Source: a virus. From it: a stretch of DNA of 64,000 nucleotides. The stretch is taken from IMG/VR virus record IMGVR_UViG_3300042453_003986, positions 14,042 through 78,041 of that record; one strand, written 5' to 3'. The first letter of the stretch is position 1; every line of letters starts with the position of its first letter. The notes beneath the pieces were generated by a model. It saw only the letters and a program-made list of their open reading frames with translations, made no database searches and was not told the origin of the DNA. A program made the position numbers and the translations under genes. Below are positions 11,101 to 21,800 of the stretch, piece by piece.

Positions 11101-11666
11101 TCAAGATCAAACGCGCCTGTGGCTTTTCTAGGAAGTATTTGAGAAATAGAATAAGTACCGACTCCCGAGTGTACGATTGTAAACGCTCGATTAAACACAG
11201 GCAGAGGCAGCACTACGTTAATTTGCCCAGTTCCTGCAATAGGGAATAACAACTCTGTATATGCTATAGGAGCGTCATCATATTTTGTGGGAAAGTACAG
11301 ATCAGTGCGCTCCGCTGTCCCGGAAGTAGTGTACGGAACCCCGTAAAAATTTGGAACAGGGTCGTTTAACGACTCCCCGATCAGGACACCTAAAGAAATA
11401 CCAGAGCCGCTAAGAATATTTAGCGACACGCTTCCAATCCGCTCAGTACGGTTCATTATTACTGCGGTAGAGTTAAGCCCACCGGAGTACACAAAATACT
11501 GGGTTTCGTCGTCAGTTAACAGCACATTAGGATCGAGCGATCCTGAGTGAGCCGGCCAACTAATTGCTAGTGGCCACTGCACTGCACGACGCGTAGAAGA
11601 ATCTACGTACGTGTAGTCATTAGTAGACCCCGCAACGTCTGGAAAATAAGAATCAATCATGCCCAC
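8160..11666 (-). CDS. Tail fibre / receptor-binding protein with LamG-like domain
   Basis: About 12 tandem 10-aa I(T/S)GxxIxxGT repeats; LamG/concanavalin-like segment (GKWYHVVA..LWVNG..FSGRV); followed by a chaperone gene. Confidence 0.8.
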   Translation of the reverse strand: MGMIDSYFPDVAGSTNDYTYVDSSTRRAVQWPLAISWPAHSGSLDPNVLLTDDETQYFVYSGGLNSTAVIMNRTERIGSVSLNILSGSGISLGVLIGESLNDPVPNFYGVPYTTSGTAERTDLYFPTKYDDAPIAYTELLFPIAGTGQINVVLPLPVFNRAFTIVHSGVGTYSISQILPRKATGAFDLEVNAIKAYHVSADFIDTIALQVSESIVVSPDIPDKSITGTKILDGTVSGVLITPGTITSNEIAAGSITGNRITASTISGSLIAGNTITFDKLASKTLTAGQIADSTLTGAQIVAGTISGVLIADNTLTASKIQAGTITGGQIAANTISGALITAGTITSDKLQVDQLDAIAANMGTLVVNSGISIGDNGRLYVGSGEYTILNASGLAFKNPVTVAPPGYRGQSGTDVISNVQQYPPDVNSIKFASYYYDATTLISGAYVPVYYDYATPRYSTIIGQQQYYRPGFTVDGGNDNTTSIDSGWLPSESGRQYFLSTATNRLYLNSKSTVGSSLLLSTASSAASGLISMFNNKITVSGNGLEPKLTLAIPTSVNSANFVVNKIVGDAPFTFESPLLTVTSETVLADVPVKFSNTISGLAPQPNLLSNGAFINNSQSGYGALPDDWFQDNFTELLGGAFITTDYAGIKELENNFIMRGNWYLNEASGNALDYSGTSKTATQTGTVTRSRKSPMAYSPTFDGTANYFTYTDSSQVMNNANGFVVSAVVQATAPPTSGSNQQSFCGFYDSDNNETTVGVQGNNGYSYFYFQLRLPSGQGVITLTHPHLVQTGKWYHVVAQYIKDPGINRLVLWVNGTKAYVDNGATSRASTTSNVFGIGCAGNGNQRFSGRVNALTWWSDKGVNYLSTRAVRQMFAKLIYANLKVVPLGTGTSMIFQDVTARNLNDFAGKHVRFSAEVYLESSSNTAYCSIETNVGTTSGTATTTTGQWVQISTVVYVNSTETSLKCQVCFTGSSNSIWVRNCYAMVVNEKALEQNSAGVTWSSLFNAVYDHSKEDWRRFPKLLTLDYPIFHYIPYLFEENRWYDISSLLQISGGNSAVTTNVTFMWAGNQVSFSAGLLQLTSTQTYFWVYPPIRHSIFFETYSAAHCNVIIAGTAQADIGFIRFVPANDYWALYSRFNLLTWSNTGNKAVRIPFFTYRCDTVEEVE

Positions 11667-14044
11667 GCTCCTGCAATAGTAAATACTAGTCCGGGAATCA
11701 TTTTATAGTTACTGTCGTAAAGAACAGAGTAGTATAAAATTTTTCCTTTTGCGTCCGTGACCGGGTGAAGAGCCGTAACAAGATACACGGTTGCGCTAAT
11801 TTTTTTACTAGCGGTGTCTCCCGTAACCTGACGGACTATAGAAGAAAAAGTTTCTTGAGCTACAAATCGACCAAGCAGCGGATTAAGGCCACGCGATGCA
11901 AAACTTCCTTGTAGGTCTAGCGAGACTAAATAAGGATTTGGCATACGGTTTTGATAAAAAACAGTTGTCGACCCGACTTTTTTAGACACTGCCACTACCG
12001 CCTGATCTAGTAAGTATCCGTATTGCTCATTTATTTGCCCAAATCGGCGGAAAAATAGGCGCGTAAAAAACGACGTGTTTGCCATAAGTAACATGCCTGT
12101 CACGCTGGTAGGAAGTCCATTGTCCGAAACAACACCGTTTAAAAAAAGCGATTGTTTTGTTAGTTTCACGCTGACTTCTTGCATTTTAGAAAGATCAGAA
12201 GAAAAGGGAGCAGCTGTAATTGACTGAGCTAGTCCTGAAGCTGAAAAGCTAAGTGCTTTAGGCGTGATAGTTGAGGAACCATTAAGAGCCAAAAACGAGT
12301 ATTTTGGAAACCATCTTTTGTACGCGGTTTCATAATTTGCTTCAGGCCTGCTTACTCGCAGTGGGTTTGTGTACGTCGTTGCAGGAGAGTAAACAGTACT
12401 TGCGTCTTTAATAAAAGATCCTTGTGCAACAGTCCGTGTCAATCGATCAAGCAGCTTTACTTGTATTCGTGTTGCGGTCAAGAACGGCCAATAAACGGAA
12501 CCTTCTGGATAATTCAACCACTCAACAAGAAACGAATAAGTGTGCAATTTTGTTTTTGGATCATACGCTTGTGAAAAATTAGTCAACGTACTCACTGCTT
12601 TTTCAGGAGCGAGCGTCTCTACTGTATCATACTGTTGGTCTACTTGGTTTACATTTGTAACTAATCGACAAAACCGCAGTCTTCTGCGAAGATTTACAAA
12701 GTTTTTACTATAGCGGACATTCCGTACAACCTTGTTAGAGTTACTTAACGTCGACACGATTGTAGCGGAGTGTTGAGGGTTAAATAACGCCTCGCTTGTA
12801 GTCATTACAGTTAACTCGGCCATTTCGTTTCTGTAAGCTGCGTCAGTTATTCCGTAACCGCTTACGGGCACAACCCGATCAATAAGCGTGTCAGTATTGT
12901 TGTCCGCTCGAATATGCAACATCGAAAACGCAATAGGCGTTTTTGAAGTAACCTCTGTAGCAAAAAACAGACGACCATCAGTAGAAATTGCTCCTACGGC
13001 GTAAGGATAGTTGCCAAAAAACCAAGACTTTACAGTAATCGGACTAGCAGTTACCGGATCTACATAAAGCCCTAAGTTTACCGGTTCTACAAGCTCCAGC
13101 GAATACCCTAAAGGTTTGTAGGTATACGTTGCATACACGCTCGGGTATTGATCGGTATGTGTTTGTTGTGCAAGTTCAGTAAAAAACTGTTCATAACCGG
13201 CAGAAACAACCAGCTGTTGTGTTGTTGCAGCGGGCATAAGTGTAAAGTCCTGCTGAAAAATTTGATTGCTAATTTCTGTTTTTACTGTAAACACTATGGG
13301 TCTGCGTACTCTGACATCTACAATAAAGTTTTCGTTGACTGACGAGAGTTTAAAGACAGCATCTTGCGGAGCAAAATCTTCTTTTAGGTATGTCAGCAGA
13401 TCGCGCATGGATAAAGAACTAGTTATAGAAAATGCAGGACGTTCACTATTAAAGTAATAATACGTAAACGTCAACGGGATCGCAACTGTGTACAAGTTTG
13501 CTACGACGTAATTAAGCAACGCTTCTGCTGTGTATTGCTGCTCTTCTGTCTGAGCTACTGAGTAATACGCAAAAGCTTCTTGAGCACGGGTGTTAAACAC
13601 ATGCGCGATTAGTTGCGATACCCCGCGACGAGACAACGTTAATCGGTAATTTTTAAGGCTGTCTCCAATAGAGTTTTCAGTAGCAGAAAGTGTGAAAAAT
13701 TGAAAGTCTGCATTATCGCGACTAAACTCTTGGCTAAATCCCTCAAAAACAGGAAGAGTTAGTACCACTTTTTGTAAGGCTTCTACGTCTGGGTTGTAAC
13801 CATAAAAATGAGTTGTCGTAAAGTAGAACGACTTTACAAATCCAGCAACAGGCACTGCTTCAACAAGCTGGAGATTTTCAGCACGCTCTAGTAGCAGCGT
13901 AAGTCGTGCAGCTGACTGATTATCTAAATAGTTACTAGACTGAAACGCATACTGCGTGTCTTTTAAAAACTCGTTAATATCTGGATACTGGGCAGGCCGC
14001 TGTATTTGCGCGTCTAGCCTGAGAAGTGATTTCTTTTTAGACAT
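11657..14044 (-). CDS. Putative tail/baseplate protein
   Basis: 795 aa, beta-rich, in the tail operon. Confidence 0.55.
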   Translation of the reverse strand: MSKKKSLLRLDAQIQRPAQYPDINEFLKDTQYAFQSSNYLDNQSAARLTLLLERAENLQLVEAVPVAGFVKSFYFTTTHFYGYNPDVEALQKVVLTLPVFEGFSQEFSRDNADFQFFTLSATENSIGDSLKNYRLTLSRRGVSQLIAHVFNTRAQEAFAYYSVAQTEEQQYTAEALLNYVVANLYTVAIPLTFTYYYFNSERPAFSITSSLSMRDLLTYLKEDFAPQDAVFKLSSVNENFIVDVRVRRPIVFTVKTEISNQIFQQDFTLMPAATTQQLVVSAGYEQFFTELAQQTHTDQYPSVYATYTYKPLGYSLELVEPVNLGLYVDPVTASPITVKSWFFGNYPYAVGAISTDGRLFFATEVTSKTPIAFSMLHIRADNNTDTLIDRVVPVSGYGITDAAYRNEMAELTVMTTSEALFNPQHSATIVSTLSNSNKVVRNVRYSKNFVNLRRRLRFCRLVTNVNQVDQQYDTVETLAPEKAVSTLTNFSQAYDPKTKLHTYSFLVEWLNYPEGSVYWPFLTATRIQVKLLDRLTRTVAQGSFIKDASTVYSPATTYTNPLRVSRPEANYETAYKRWFPKYSFLALNGSSTITPKALSFSASGLAQSITAAPFSSDLSKMQEVSVKLTKQSLFLNGVVSDNGLPTSVTGMLLMANTSFFTRLFFRRFGQINEQYGYLLDQAVVAVSKKVGSTTVFYQNRMPNPYLVSLDLQGSFASRGLNPLLGRFVAQETFSSIVRQVTGDTASKKISATVYLVTALHPVTDAKGKILYYSVLYDSNYKMIPGLVFTIAGAWA

Positions 14045-16662
14045 TAAGGCAACTCCGTTGTTTCGGCCGCGTAATAAACGGTCCCTTTAAGATAGTATCT
14101 CTGGCCATAATGAAGGCTTTTTAGCGAATCAAACCCAATTACGACTGTTTCAATGTCTTGCCCTACTATAGACTGCTCGTCAGTAAAAGTAAACCGCAAC
14201 TCTCCCGGAAAAAATCCGCGCGGATTGTCTCGGTAAACTGACTCAAAACCGTTCCAACCGATTGACACATTTTTACCGCGCACGACTAAATAGTCGGCTT
14301 GCCGTGTCTGAGAAAAGTAGATTAGCTCAGAATCGATAGAAGTAAAGGATAAGTTATTGTTTCTTCCCTCACCCCCTGCATATTGCCGCTCGTACTGTCG
14401 GTACATGCTTTTAGGGTTAGTCCAAAACAAGGGCACGTTAGCCAATCCGTTGTCTTGCAAAAGCAAGGAATGCGCTTGATTTTGTAACGTGTTAATTTGA
14501 TTTAAGTGGCTTAGCAACCCAGAATAAGCTAACGAACCAAACGAGACTAGTTTTTGATAGGTACTTACTACGTAGTCAGACTTAAACACTGCGGCTTCTA
14601 CAAAGCGCATAAGACCAATGTATGAGGCTTTGTTATATGCGGGGCTGTAGTTTAAAAAAGTATCTACGGCTGCGTCTGGGGCTACTCCTGTATTTGCACT
14701 TTCTTTTACCTGTATATTAAGACTTGTGTACCCGCCGTCAAAGTAACCCACTGCCGAGTTACTTAAGCCGGAAATGTACGCGGCGTAGAGCGCGGGCACG
14801 TAGCGCTCGCCAGAACTGGCCGTCATGGTAAAGTTAAACGTATCTGTATACATGTACGCATTAGGTAGTAGTCGACTACCTAAAAATAGTGATTGCGTTG
14901 TTCCGATTGGTTGCGTAGATTCTGCTGAGTAGTACGGCACGCCCGCGTCCAATACAGACGGGCGAAGAAAGTAAAACCCACCAAATTGTTCAGCTCCTGC
15001 TGTTTGATGTGTACTTAAAAAAATACCATCTCCCAGCAAAAACCCGCTTGGTGCCAAAGCAGCCTCTTTAAAGCAATCGTATCCAGTGCCCAAACCTGTG
15101 TACAGTCCTGATCCGGCGTAAAAGTGTGTAGTAACCAAACCTCCGCCTGCTTTGTACTGAGCAGTGTACGGACCTGCAAAGCGCACAAATCCTCTACGTA
15201 CACGCAAATGGTTTAAGTTAGTAGAGTCTAAAGGTAAAAGTCCTGTGTACGTTACTTTAGATAGCTCGGCAGTCAAAGGAGGTACTTGAATAGCGGAGTT
15301 TGTGTACGCGGTACTTCCGCTTACGTAATCGTCGCTAAGCGACAAAGCCTGATCCCACTCAGGGAGGTTACTTGCAAATGGGCGTAAATCAGTACTTCCA
15401 CGACGAGTTTTTCGCGGTATTTTATACGAGGATGGCGACGACGCCGTAAAAGGAACAATTGCTTGAATATTAAACGCGCTTGCGGGGTTTACATTGGTTG
15501 TGTACGACAGCCGAAGGGTGTCTTTTGTTGTAAACTGCTTTTGAAAATAGTAACGAGCCTCTTCTGCAAATACAGAATGCTTTAAAAATTCTGCGTCGGT
15601 ATCAAGACCAAATCTTTCTAGGTAGGATCGCCATTCATCGTTGTACTGACTAAACGCGCTGGCATAGCTCGCGTTAGCTGTAATCTGGTCCCATAACGCC
15701 GCTCGCAGAGGAGAATCGTATTTACGCAGCCGATCAACAAGATGTTTTTGATTTGCGGCCAACAAAGGTAGCTGGTCTAATCCAGTAATTGTGGGTAAGG
15801 CTTGCCAGCTAAATGGAGTAATTTCATGCTCAACGTGTGCGTACACCATACTAAAATAGTAAGATGTACCCTTTGTTTCCCAAGTCCGCAATTGGCCCGG
15901 TTTTCCTAGTCTAAACTTTACAGTCACTACTTCACCGGGTACAAAATTAAATGAAGACAAATCTAGCTCGTATTGATGGTACCCCTCGCTTGAAAGCTGC
16001 GGTGAGTTTGGCACCCAATACTCCGCAGAAGTTGGCGAACCTACAGTAAAAGGATCTCCAGTATCTGAGGTAAATTTAAACGTCGGAACTTCTGTTCCCG
16101 GGTGCGTGCTTTCCGCTGTACGTGAATAACTCCATCGCCGCACGTACGGTTGAAATTTTTCTAAGTTAATTGCTTGCTGAAGAGGGACGTCAGTGTACCG
16201 CAAAATTAAATATAGACTAATATCCGTGTCTTTAAATGTATTCTTGTTGTTGTAATAGACACTGTTGATGTCTGCAAGATCAATTCCATTTAGATACCGG
16301 TATTCTGCTTGCGTGTCTGCTTTCGGTTCTCGAATTGGGTAAGTCTGAAATCCAAGCTTTAATCGCTTCATACCGGTTCGGTACAAAAACGACCCTTCCC
16401 AGACTTCTAAGTTTGAGACTTTTTGCTCGATAAAATAGCGATCATCGTAAGTATCCGTGTTTTCTAGATCGCCTGCTTTTGTGTCATAGTTAAGCAGCCG
16501 AAAGTACGGCGGAGCAAAACGCCAATGAGCCAGAAACAGCTTAGTAGGGCCTTTTACAATTTGCTCTAAAAAGGACGCATTTTGCATAAGGTTATTTAAG
16601 TCCTGCGCAGACACTTCTTGCCCGTTAACAAACTCCGGTACGGGAGTTAATCCAAATATCAT
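14044..16662 (-). CDS. Putative tail protein
   Basis: 872 aa; N-terminal FVNGQEVSAQDLNNL motif typical of tail appendage proteins. Confidence 0.55.
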   Translation of the reverse strand: MIFGLTPVPEFVNGQEVSAQDLNNLMQNASFLEQIVKGPTKLFLAHWRFAPPYFRLLNYDTKAGDLENTDTYDDRYFIEQKVSNLEVWEGSFLYRTGMKRLKLGFQTYPIREPKADTQAEYRYLNGIDLADINSVYYNNKNTFKDTDISLYLILRYTDVPLQQAINLEKFQPYVRRWSYSRTAESTHPGTEVPTFKFTSDTGDPFTVGSPTSAEYWVPNSPQLSSEGYHQYELDLSSFNFVPGEVVTVKFRLGKPGQLRTWETKGTSYYFSMVYAHVEHEITPFSWQALPTITGLDQLPLLAANQKHLVDRLRKYDSPLRAALWDQITANASYASAFSQYNDEWRSYLERFGLDTDAEFLKHSVFAEEARYYFQKQFTTKDTLRLSYTTNVNPASAFNIQAIVPFTASSPSSYKIPRKTRRGSTDLRPFASNLPEWDQALSLSDDYVSGSTAYTNSAIQVPPLTAELSKVTYTGLLPLDSTNLNHLRVRRGFVRFAGPYTAQYKAGGGLVTTHFYAGSGLYTGLGTGYDCFKEAALAPSGFLLGDGIFLSTHQTAGAEQFGGFYFLRPSVLDAGVPYYSAESTQPIGTTQSLFLGSRLLPNAYMYTDTFNFTMTASSGERYVPALYAAYISGLSNSAVGYFDGGYTSLNIQVKESANTGVAPDAAVDTFLNYSPAYNKASYIGLMRFVEAAVFKSDYVVSTYQKLVSFGSLAYSGLLSHLNQINTLQNQAHSLLLQDNGLANVPLFWTNPKSMYRQYERQYAGGEGRNNNLSFTSIDSELIYFSQTRQADYLVVRGKNVSIGWNGFESVYRDNPRGFFPGELRFTFTDEQSIVGQDIETVVIGFDSLKSLHYGQRYYLKGTVYYAAETTELP

Positions 16663-16665
16663 AGA

Positions 16666-18372
16666 TCACCATGACAAGTTACGCACGTCTGACGAAACGT
16701 AACCTGACCCTATTATGTAAAATGAAGACCTTGGAGATATGTCGCTTATGTCTACGCAAGTAATATCCATAAGGGCTCCTGTTTTTTTCGTGGATATTCC
16801 AACAACCTTAAAATAACCGTTTATGCCGTATGCAGAACTCGCTATTTGTATACGATCTCCAATACGTATGTTTGGGTTGAAGACTACGTCTACCAGCGTG
16901 TGCTCAGGTCGAGGTTTTTTATGTAAATAAGAAACTACGTCAAGCAGTTTGTTTGCTTGCTCACGCGATTGAATATACGGATTTTCGGCGATACTAATTT
17001 CACGAAATCCGCTCGGAATTACTCCTGCCTGCACAAGCCCCGAAAATTGAATAGGAATATCTCGTCGTATAGTAATTTGTTCTGAAGCTTCTACTGCAAC
17101 ACCAAACAGTGTAATCTGTGCTAAATAAAGCGAACGAGCTGGATCATCATTAAAAACTTTTACGTGAAGATACTGCGCCGGAACTCGTGTTGGGTCGGAC
17201 TCGACACCCCACACTCCACTAGTGTACGTAGGTCGTGGGTAGTATAGCGACGAAAGTCGTGGAACTTTTAAATTTGTACTGGCCGTCTCCCCAGTATAAT
17301 CAACCGCAGTAATAAAATCGCGACTGTTAATGTACTCATCAACTCCAAAATATCCCCCACTGGCCCCGTACGAAAGTCCACTAGCGTAATACGTTGGGTT
17401 AGTCAGTCGATCTACCGGCTGCTGCAACTCAATTTCGTGAGTATATTCTTCATTATACTGTAAATACACGCCGATTGAGCCTTCAAACACCGATTTATTT
17501 GGACCAAGATACCTTGGAGTAAACGTAATGATTGCTTTTCCAAAAGTAGTCGCAGCTTCTTCAGCGACAGTCAGCTGACTAAAGTGGCTGTCAGTAAGAG
17601 TGACCCCGTTAAATTCCTGTGCAAACGAGTGCGGATTAACAAACCGCACAACACCGTAAGTATCCTGAGTTAGTTGACCGCCTCCAGCCGCCGCAAGCAT
17701 AGCAGCATCTTCACTGATATTCTCTTGGTTTAACCACGTAAAACGCGGTATAATCGGCGAGCTATCTGCGTCATACCAAAAGCGGGGAACTTCCTCGACA
17801 AGATCAAAGTACGCTTTGTACTTGTAAGGACGCCCTCCAAGCAACCAAAATATTTTGTTAAGCGTACCGGTGTAAAACCCGCTTAACGTCGTAGGGTCTT
17901 GATTTGTTACATAAGCTGCCCAACCGCTGCTTACAGGGTATACTGGATCAGGAATTTTAGTGGCTACCGGATGGTTTTTCCATAGCGGCGTAATCTCTTT
18001 ATAATACTCTAGGTATTTCAAATATCCGGAACATCGAAATGTTACAGTTGCGATGTCTTCAGTACGCGCCTCAATAAATCCCGAAAAAATTGGAGTGTAC
18101 GTCACTCGGTCTATTGAAGAGTAAATTTTTACGTTTGCAAATCTCCAATTATACGTAAATTGTGTGACTTGCGTACTGTTGTTTTTCGCCAACACAATTG
18201 AAGCCGTAGGAGTTGCTGTTCTTCCTAAAGATATTCCCGCTGTAAAGTCAATTTCAGTGCTTTGCTGGACGTCCGCCGAAACAACTGCTTTTGGCAACAC
18301 TAAGTAGTTAGAATTATCTACATTCTGTCCAAGAGGAGCGATGTAAATTCGGTAGTCTAGTAGATAAATCAC
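16666..18372 (-). CDS. Putative tail-tip/hub protein
   Basis: C-terminal ENPYIQS...NPNIRIGDRI..YFKVVGI hub-like pattern; two genes downstream of the tape measure. Confidence 0.6.
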   Translation of the reverse strand: MIYLLDYRIYIAPLGQNVDNSNYLVLPKAVVSADVQQSTEIDFTAGISLGRTATPTASIVLAKNNSTQVTQFTYNWRFANVKIYSSIDRVTYTPIFSGFIEARTEDIATVTFRCSGYLKYLEYYKEITPLWKNHPVATKIPDPVYPVSSGWAAYVTNQDPTTLSGFYTGTLNKIFWLLGGRPYKYKAYFDLVEEVPRFWYDADSSPIIPRFTWLNQENISEDAAMLAAAGGGQLTQDTYGVVRFVNPHSFAQEFNGVTLTDSHFSQLTVAEEAATTFGKAIITFTPRYLGPNKSVFEGSIGVYLQYNEEYTHEIELQQPVDRLTNPTYYASGLSYGASGGYFGVDEYINSRDFITAVDYTGETASTNLKVPRLSSLYYPRPTYTSGVWGVESDPTRVPAQYLHVKVFNDDPARSLYLAQITLFGVAVEASEQITIRRDIPIQFSGLVQAGVIPSGFREISIAENPYIQSREQANKLLDVVSYLHKKPRPEHTLVDVVFNPNIRIGDRIQIASSAYGINGYFKVVGISTKKTGALMDITCVDISDISPRSSFYIIGSGYVSSDVRNLSW

Positions 18373-18788
18373 TGTTCCACCAACCGAAAAGAAACATTGT
18401 AGTACGGTTTGTTTAGTAGACTAACTGTAATCGCGGCTACCGACTGCTGCCATGAATTAGGCTCGATAAGCACCCGGTACTCTTGGTTGTCCATTCCAAA
18501 AACTAGATCGGTGCCAGCCGCGCTGGGGGACAGGTAAAGCTGCTGCAACGTAAGCACCGTAGCTAGCGGGTAGCTTGGAGCTCCAGAATAACAAATGTAT
18601 TCCCACGCAAGATCCCACGAGCGTTTGTGCGCACGATGTAAGTAGCTATTTGACCCGTCCACCGCCGTCAAAAACTCGCCGATGTTTGTAATCGAAGAGG
18701 CAACGCTCGAAGCTTTTAAGTCTGTATAAAAAGCAACCCCTCCGATATACCCGCTAACGTAAATAGGCTTTAGTGTGTAATTACTCAT
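18369..18788 (-). CDS. Putative distal tail protein
   Basis: 139 aa directly after the tape measure; ends VSFRLVEQ. Confidence 0.5.
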   Translation of the reverse strand: MSNYTLKPIYVSGYIGGVAFYTDLKASSVASSITNIGEFLTAVDGSNSYLHRAHKRSWDLAWEYICYSGAPSYPLATVLTLQQLYLSPSAAGTDLVFGMDNQEYRVLIEPNSWQQSVAAITVSLLNKPYYNVSFRLVEQ

Positions 18789-18797
18789 TTTCTCCCT

Positions 18798-18856
18798 TAA
18801 TAGTGGATAGGCTACAGCCTATCCACTATTATACTGTATTTTTATGTTTAGTTCAA
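18798..18856 (-). promoter_or_regulatory. Promoter overlapped by a perfect 16-bp inverted repeat
   Basis: Minus strand TTGAAC-17-TATAAT (18856-18828); IR TAATAGTGGATAGGCT-ac-AGCCTATCCACTATTA (18798-18831). Confidence 0.55.
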
Positions 18857-18857
18857 G

Positions 18858-21800
18858 TTACTGAAGAATACCTTGCCCGCTAGGCATTGGAAAAGGGCGA
18901 TCCTTCGGTGGTTTAGCAGGACTTGTAGTGGACACCGTGTACACGCGCAATGCTTTTCCTTCGGGAGTATCCACGCTGTAAGCATCGAATGCAGTAGGAA
19001 CTTCCCGCGCATTAACCGACAGCTGCGCTTTAAGTGTCTTTGCTTCCGGAGTTTCGGTAGAACCGTACAGAGACAAGGCAAGTCGATTATTTGCGGCGCT
19101 TGCAAGGTTATTAGCTTCGTCAAAACGGCCTCTACTTATCAATCCTTCAACAGCAGTCATATCGTTAGTATACTGCATAATCGCAGCTACACCTTTAGCC
19201 ATAGTTGCCGGTACTTGTGTAGCGATTTCTGTAGCTGCATCAGTAAACGAGCGAACTAAATCATCTTTTTGTCTTGCAAGGTTAATCAGCGCATCTTCAA
19301 TTTGTTGCTTTAGTCCAATATTAAAATCTTCATATTGATTGATAAGACCACTCATTGTAGTACTTGTAGTTTCTTCAATGTTAACGTACCCTTGAGTCCA
19401 GAAGTCTGACCACAGCGGGGCAACGTCAATCATGTTCTGCAATTCTCGGTTAATCTGTTGAATCTCTTCACTTAATCGTTGCTGCTGTATGTTAAAGTCA
19501 GAAAGCGCCCTTGCAGCTTGCTGAATTTGCAAAGGATCTCCTGATTGTTGGGCAGCCTGCATATTCTGCACAAGACCTTGGTACTCAAGACCCGAGTAGC
19601 GCTGCTGACGCAACAAATCCTCTCTGCGTAAACGCAAAGCCTTTTCAGATTCAGCTCGCTGAATCATCGTGGCCACTTGCTGGTCTGCAAACTGCTGTGC
19701 CTGTGCACCGCGTTCTGGGTCTCGGCCAAGCAAAGCAGCCTGTGCTTGAAGATTTGCGCGAGTTTCCGGATCAGCAGTCTTCATTAGCTCAGTCATTTCG
19801 CTTACTACTTGATCTCGATATTTAATAACCTGTGCCCATGCGGCGTCTCGGCCAGCTAAATCAGTGATTGGCAAGCGGTCGTATGCGGTAAAGGCTTTTT
19901 CAAGCAAAGCAGTAGACTCGCTAGAATAGCGCCCTTGAAAGCGCAAAAACGCTGCTGGGTTGCTTTGCTCCGCTTGGTCCGCAAACTTCTTACCTGCTTG
20001 AGCTACTTGATCAATTTTTCGTCGGTCCGATTCAGCCATGTTAGCTGAACCAAGCTGACTGTAGTTTTGAGCAAGAGACTGTCGTTTACTCAACTCTCTT
20101 TGCTGTACCGCTTGCACCATTTGCCGTGTAGCGTTTAAATGGATTCCTTCAAGCTGACGAAACGCGTTTCTTGTAATATCCTCTAGCGAGCGGTTATGGT
20201 TAATGGCCAGATCGCGCATTTGCGTATTATGTTGAAAGTTTCGTTGAGCTAGCTCCGTCTGCGCTTGAATACCCATACTATACACGTTCATCAGTTCAGC
20301 AGGGTTCATTAGTGAAGTGATTGACGCATTACTCGCAATCATGTTTGCATACGCAAGACGGCCTCGAGGTCCTGACGTATAAGGTAGCTGCATTCCAGCT
20401 AGTCGGTCTGCTCCTCGAGCAACCCGCGGGTCAATAGGTTGAAAAGCTCGACGCATTTCGTAGTAGGGGATCTGTGCCAACTGCGCGCTGCTTGAAGCCT
20501 GCGGTAAAAACATTTGCTGACTAATCATAGAACGCCAATCAAGCCCGGAGATTCTGCGCATTTCGTTAAGAGCGAACAATGGGTCACCGTTAGACATGTA
20601 GTCGCGCAGTGTATTTGCTGCCGAACCTGCCCTGCTAAATCCGGCTACGTAGTTAGCAAAAGTAGTCTGAAAAGTTGAAACATATGGACCCATCAATTCA
20701 GCCATTGATTTGTTGTGCTTGCTAACTGCGTTAAACGTTTTAATGCTTTCTTCAACTGCATCATTAAGTGCAGACTTTGCGCCTTCATCAGCAAAACTTG
20801 TACGCATAAACTGCGAGTTCATGACCTGAGACGCACTAAGAGGCCCAGCCGAGCCAAACAATCCCATAGCATTGTTTAGTGCTGTTTGTTCAGCAAACGT
20901 ATTAAATCGTTGCTGCTTTCTTTGCAACTCTTGATCGAATTGCTGGTCCATATACTCTTTTGCTTGTACTTGATAAGTTGGATCATTTAGCAAGCGTTGA
21001 CGCATTGCGTCACTATAGGTTTTTATCTGCTCAGAAGTTAAAAAGCGCGCCATCTGTGTTGCGGTTAACTGCGTAGACACACCTTGAGCAGCTTGTGCAG
21101 CCTCTCGATAGTCTCTCCCAAGGACTGCAGGGCTTTCCAAAAGACCTAGCGCTTCTAATTGATTGTTGTTAAGCCCTAGCTCAGAAGGAGTAATGCCGAG
21201 TCCGTATTTTTGTGCTAACTGTATAATATCGGCATTGTCAATCAGTTCATTACCAACGCCTATCAAACGCTGCGATTCTTTACCAACCGCAGTGTCTCTT
21301 AAATTAGCGTCTTGAGCAAAAGCGAGAGACTGTGTAAGAGCTTCTGTAAGAGAAACCATCTCTGTTCCGTCGGGACTAAGCACCACAGTGCCTAGTATAC
21401 TTTTACCTTGCTCATCTTGTTGGTTGTACAGCTTTTCAATCGCGGTGGAGGCTTCGTCATAAGCAGCTTGCGTAAGTCCTGACGCAGCAAGGGCTTCTGA
21501 AATTTTGGTGTTGGGTATAAAACGACCGCGAGTTTTCTTAAGTTCATTGTTAATAAGTGTTTCGCGATTGCCCGAAAAACCTGCGTTTGCCAAGTAAACG
21601 GAGTCAAATTTATTTTGCATTCTTTGATTTTTTTCAAACTCTGTTTGCATTTTATACAGCTGTCGCATTTTTTCAACACTGACGTCGTTTAAGTCGATTG
21701 CTCGCGTAATTAAAGCGTACCCACCGGCTGCTACTCCGGCCCCGAGAGCTGCCAAGCCTGCAGTTCCTACAATTCCTGCGCCAGCTGCCGCAGAAGCAGC

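Noticed and set aside
8160-11666. Diversity-generating retroelement targeting the tail fibre
   Set aside because: No reverse transcriptase and no template/variable repeat pair seen in the window.
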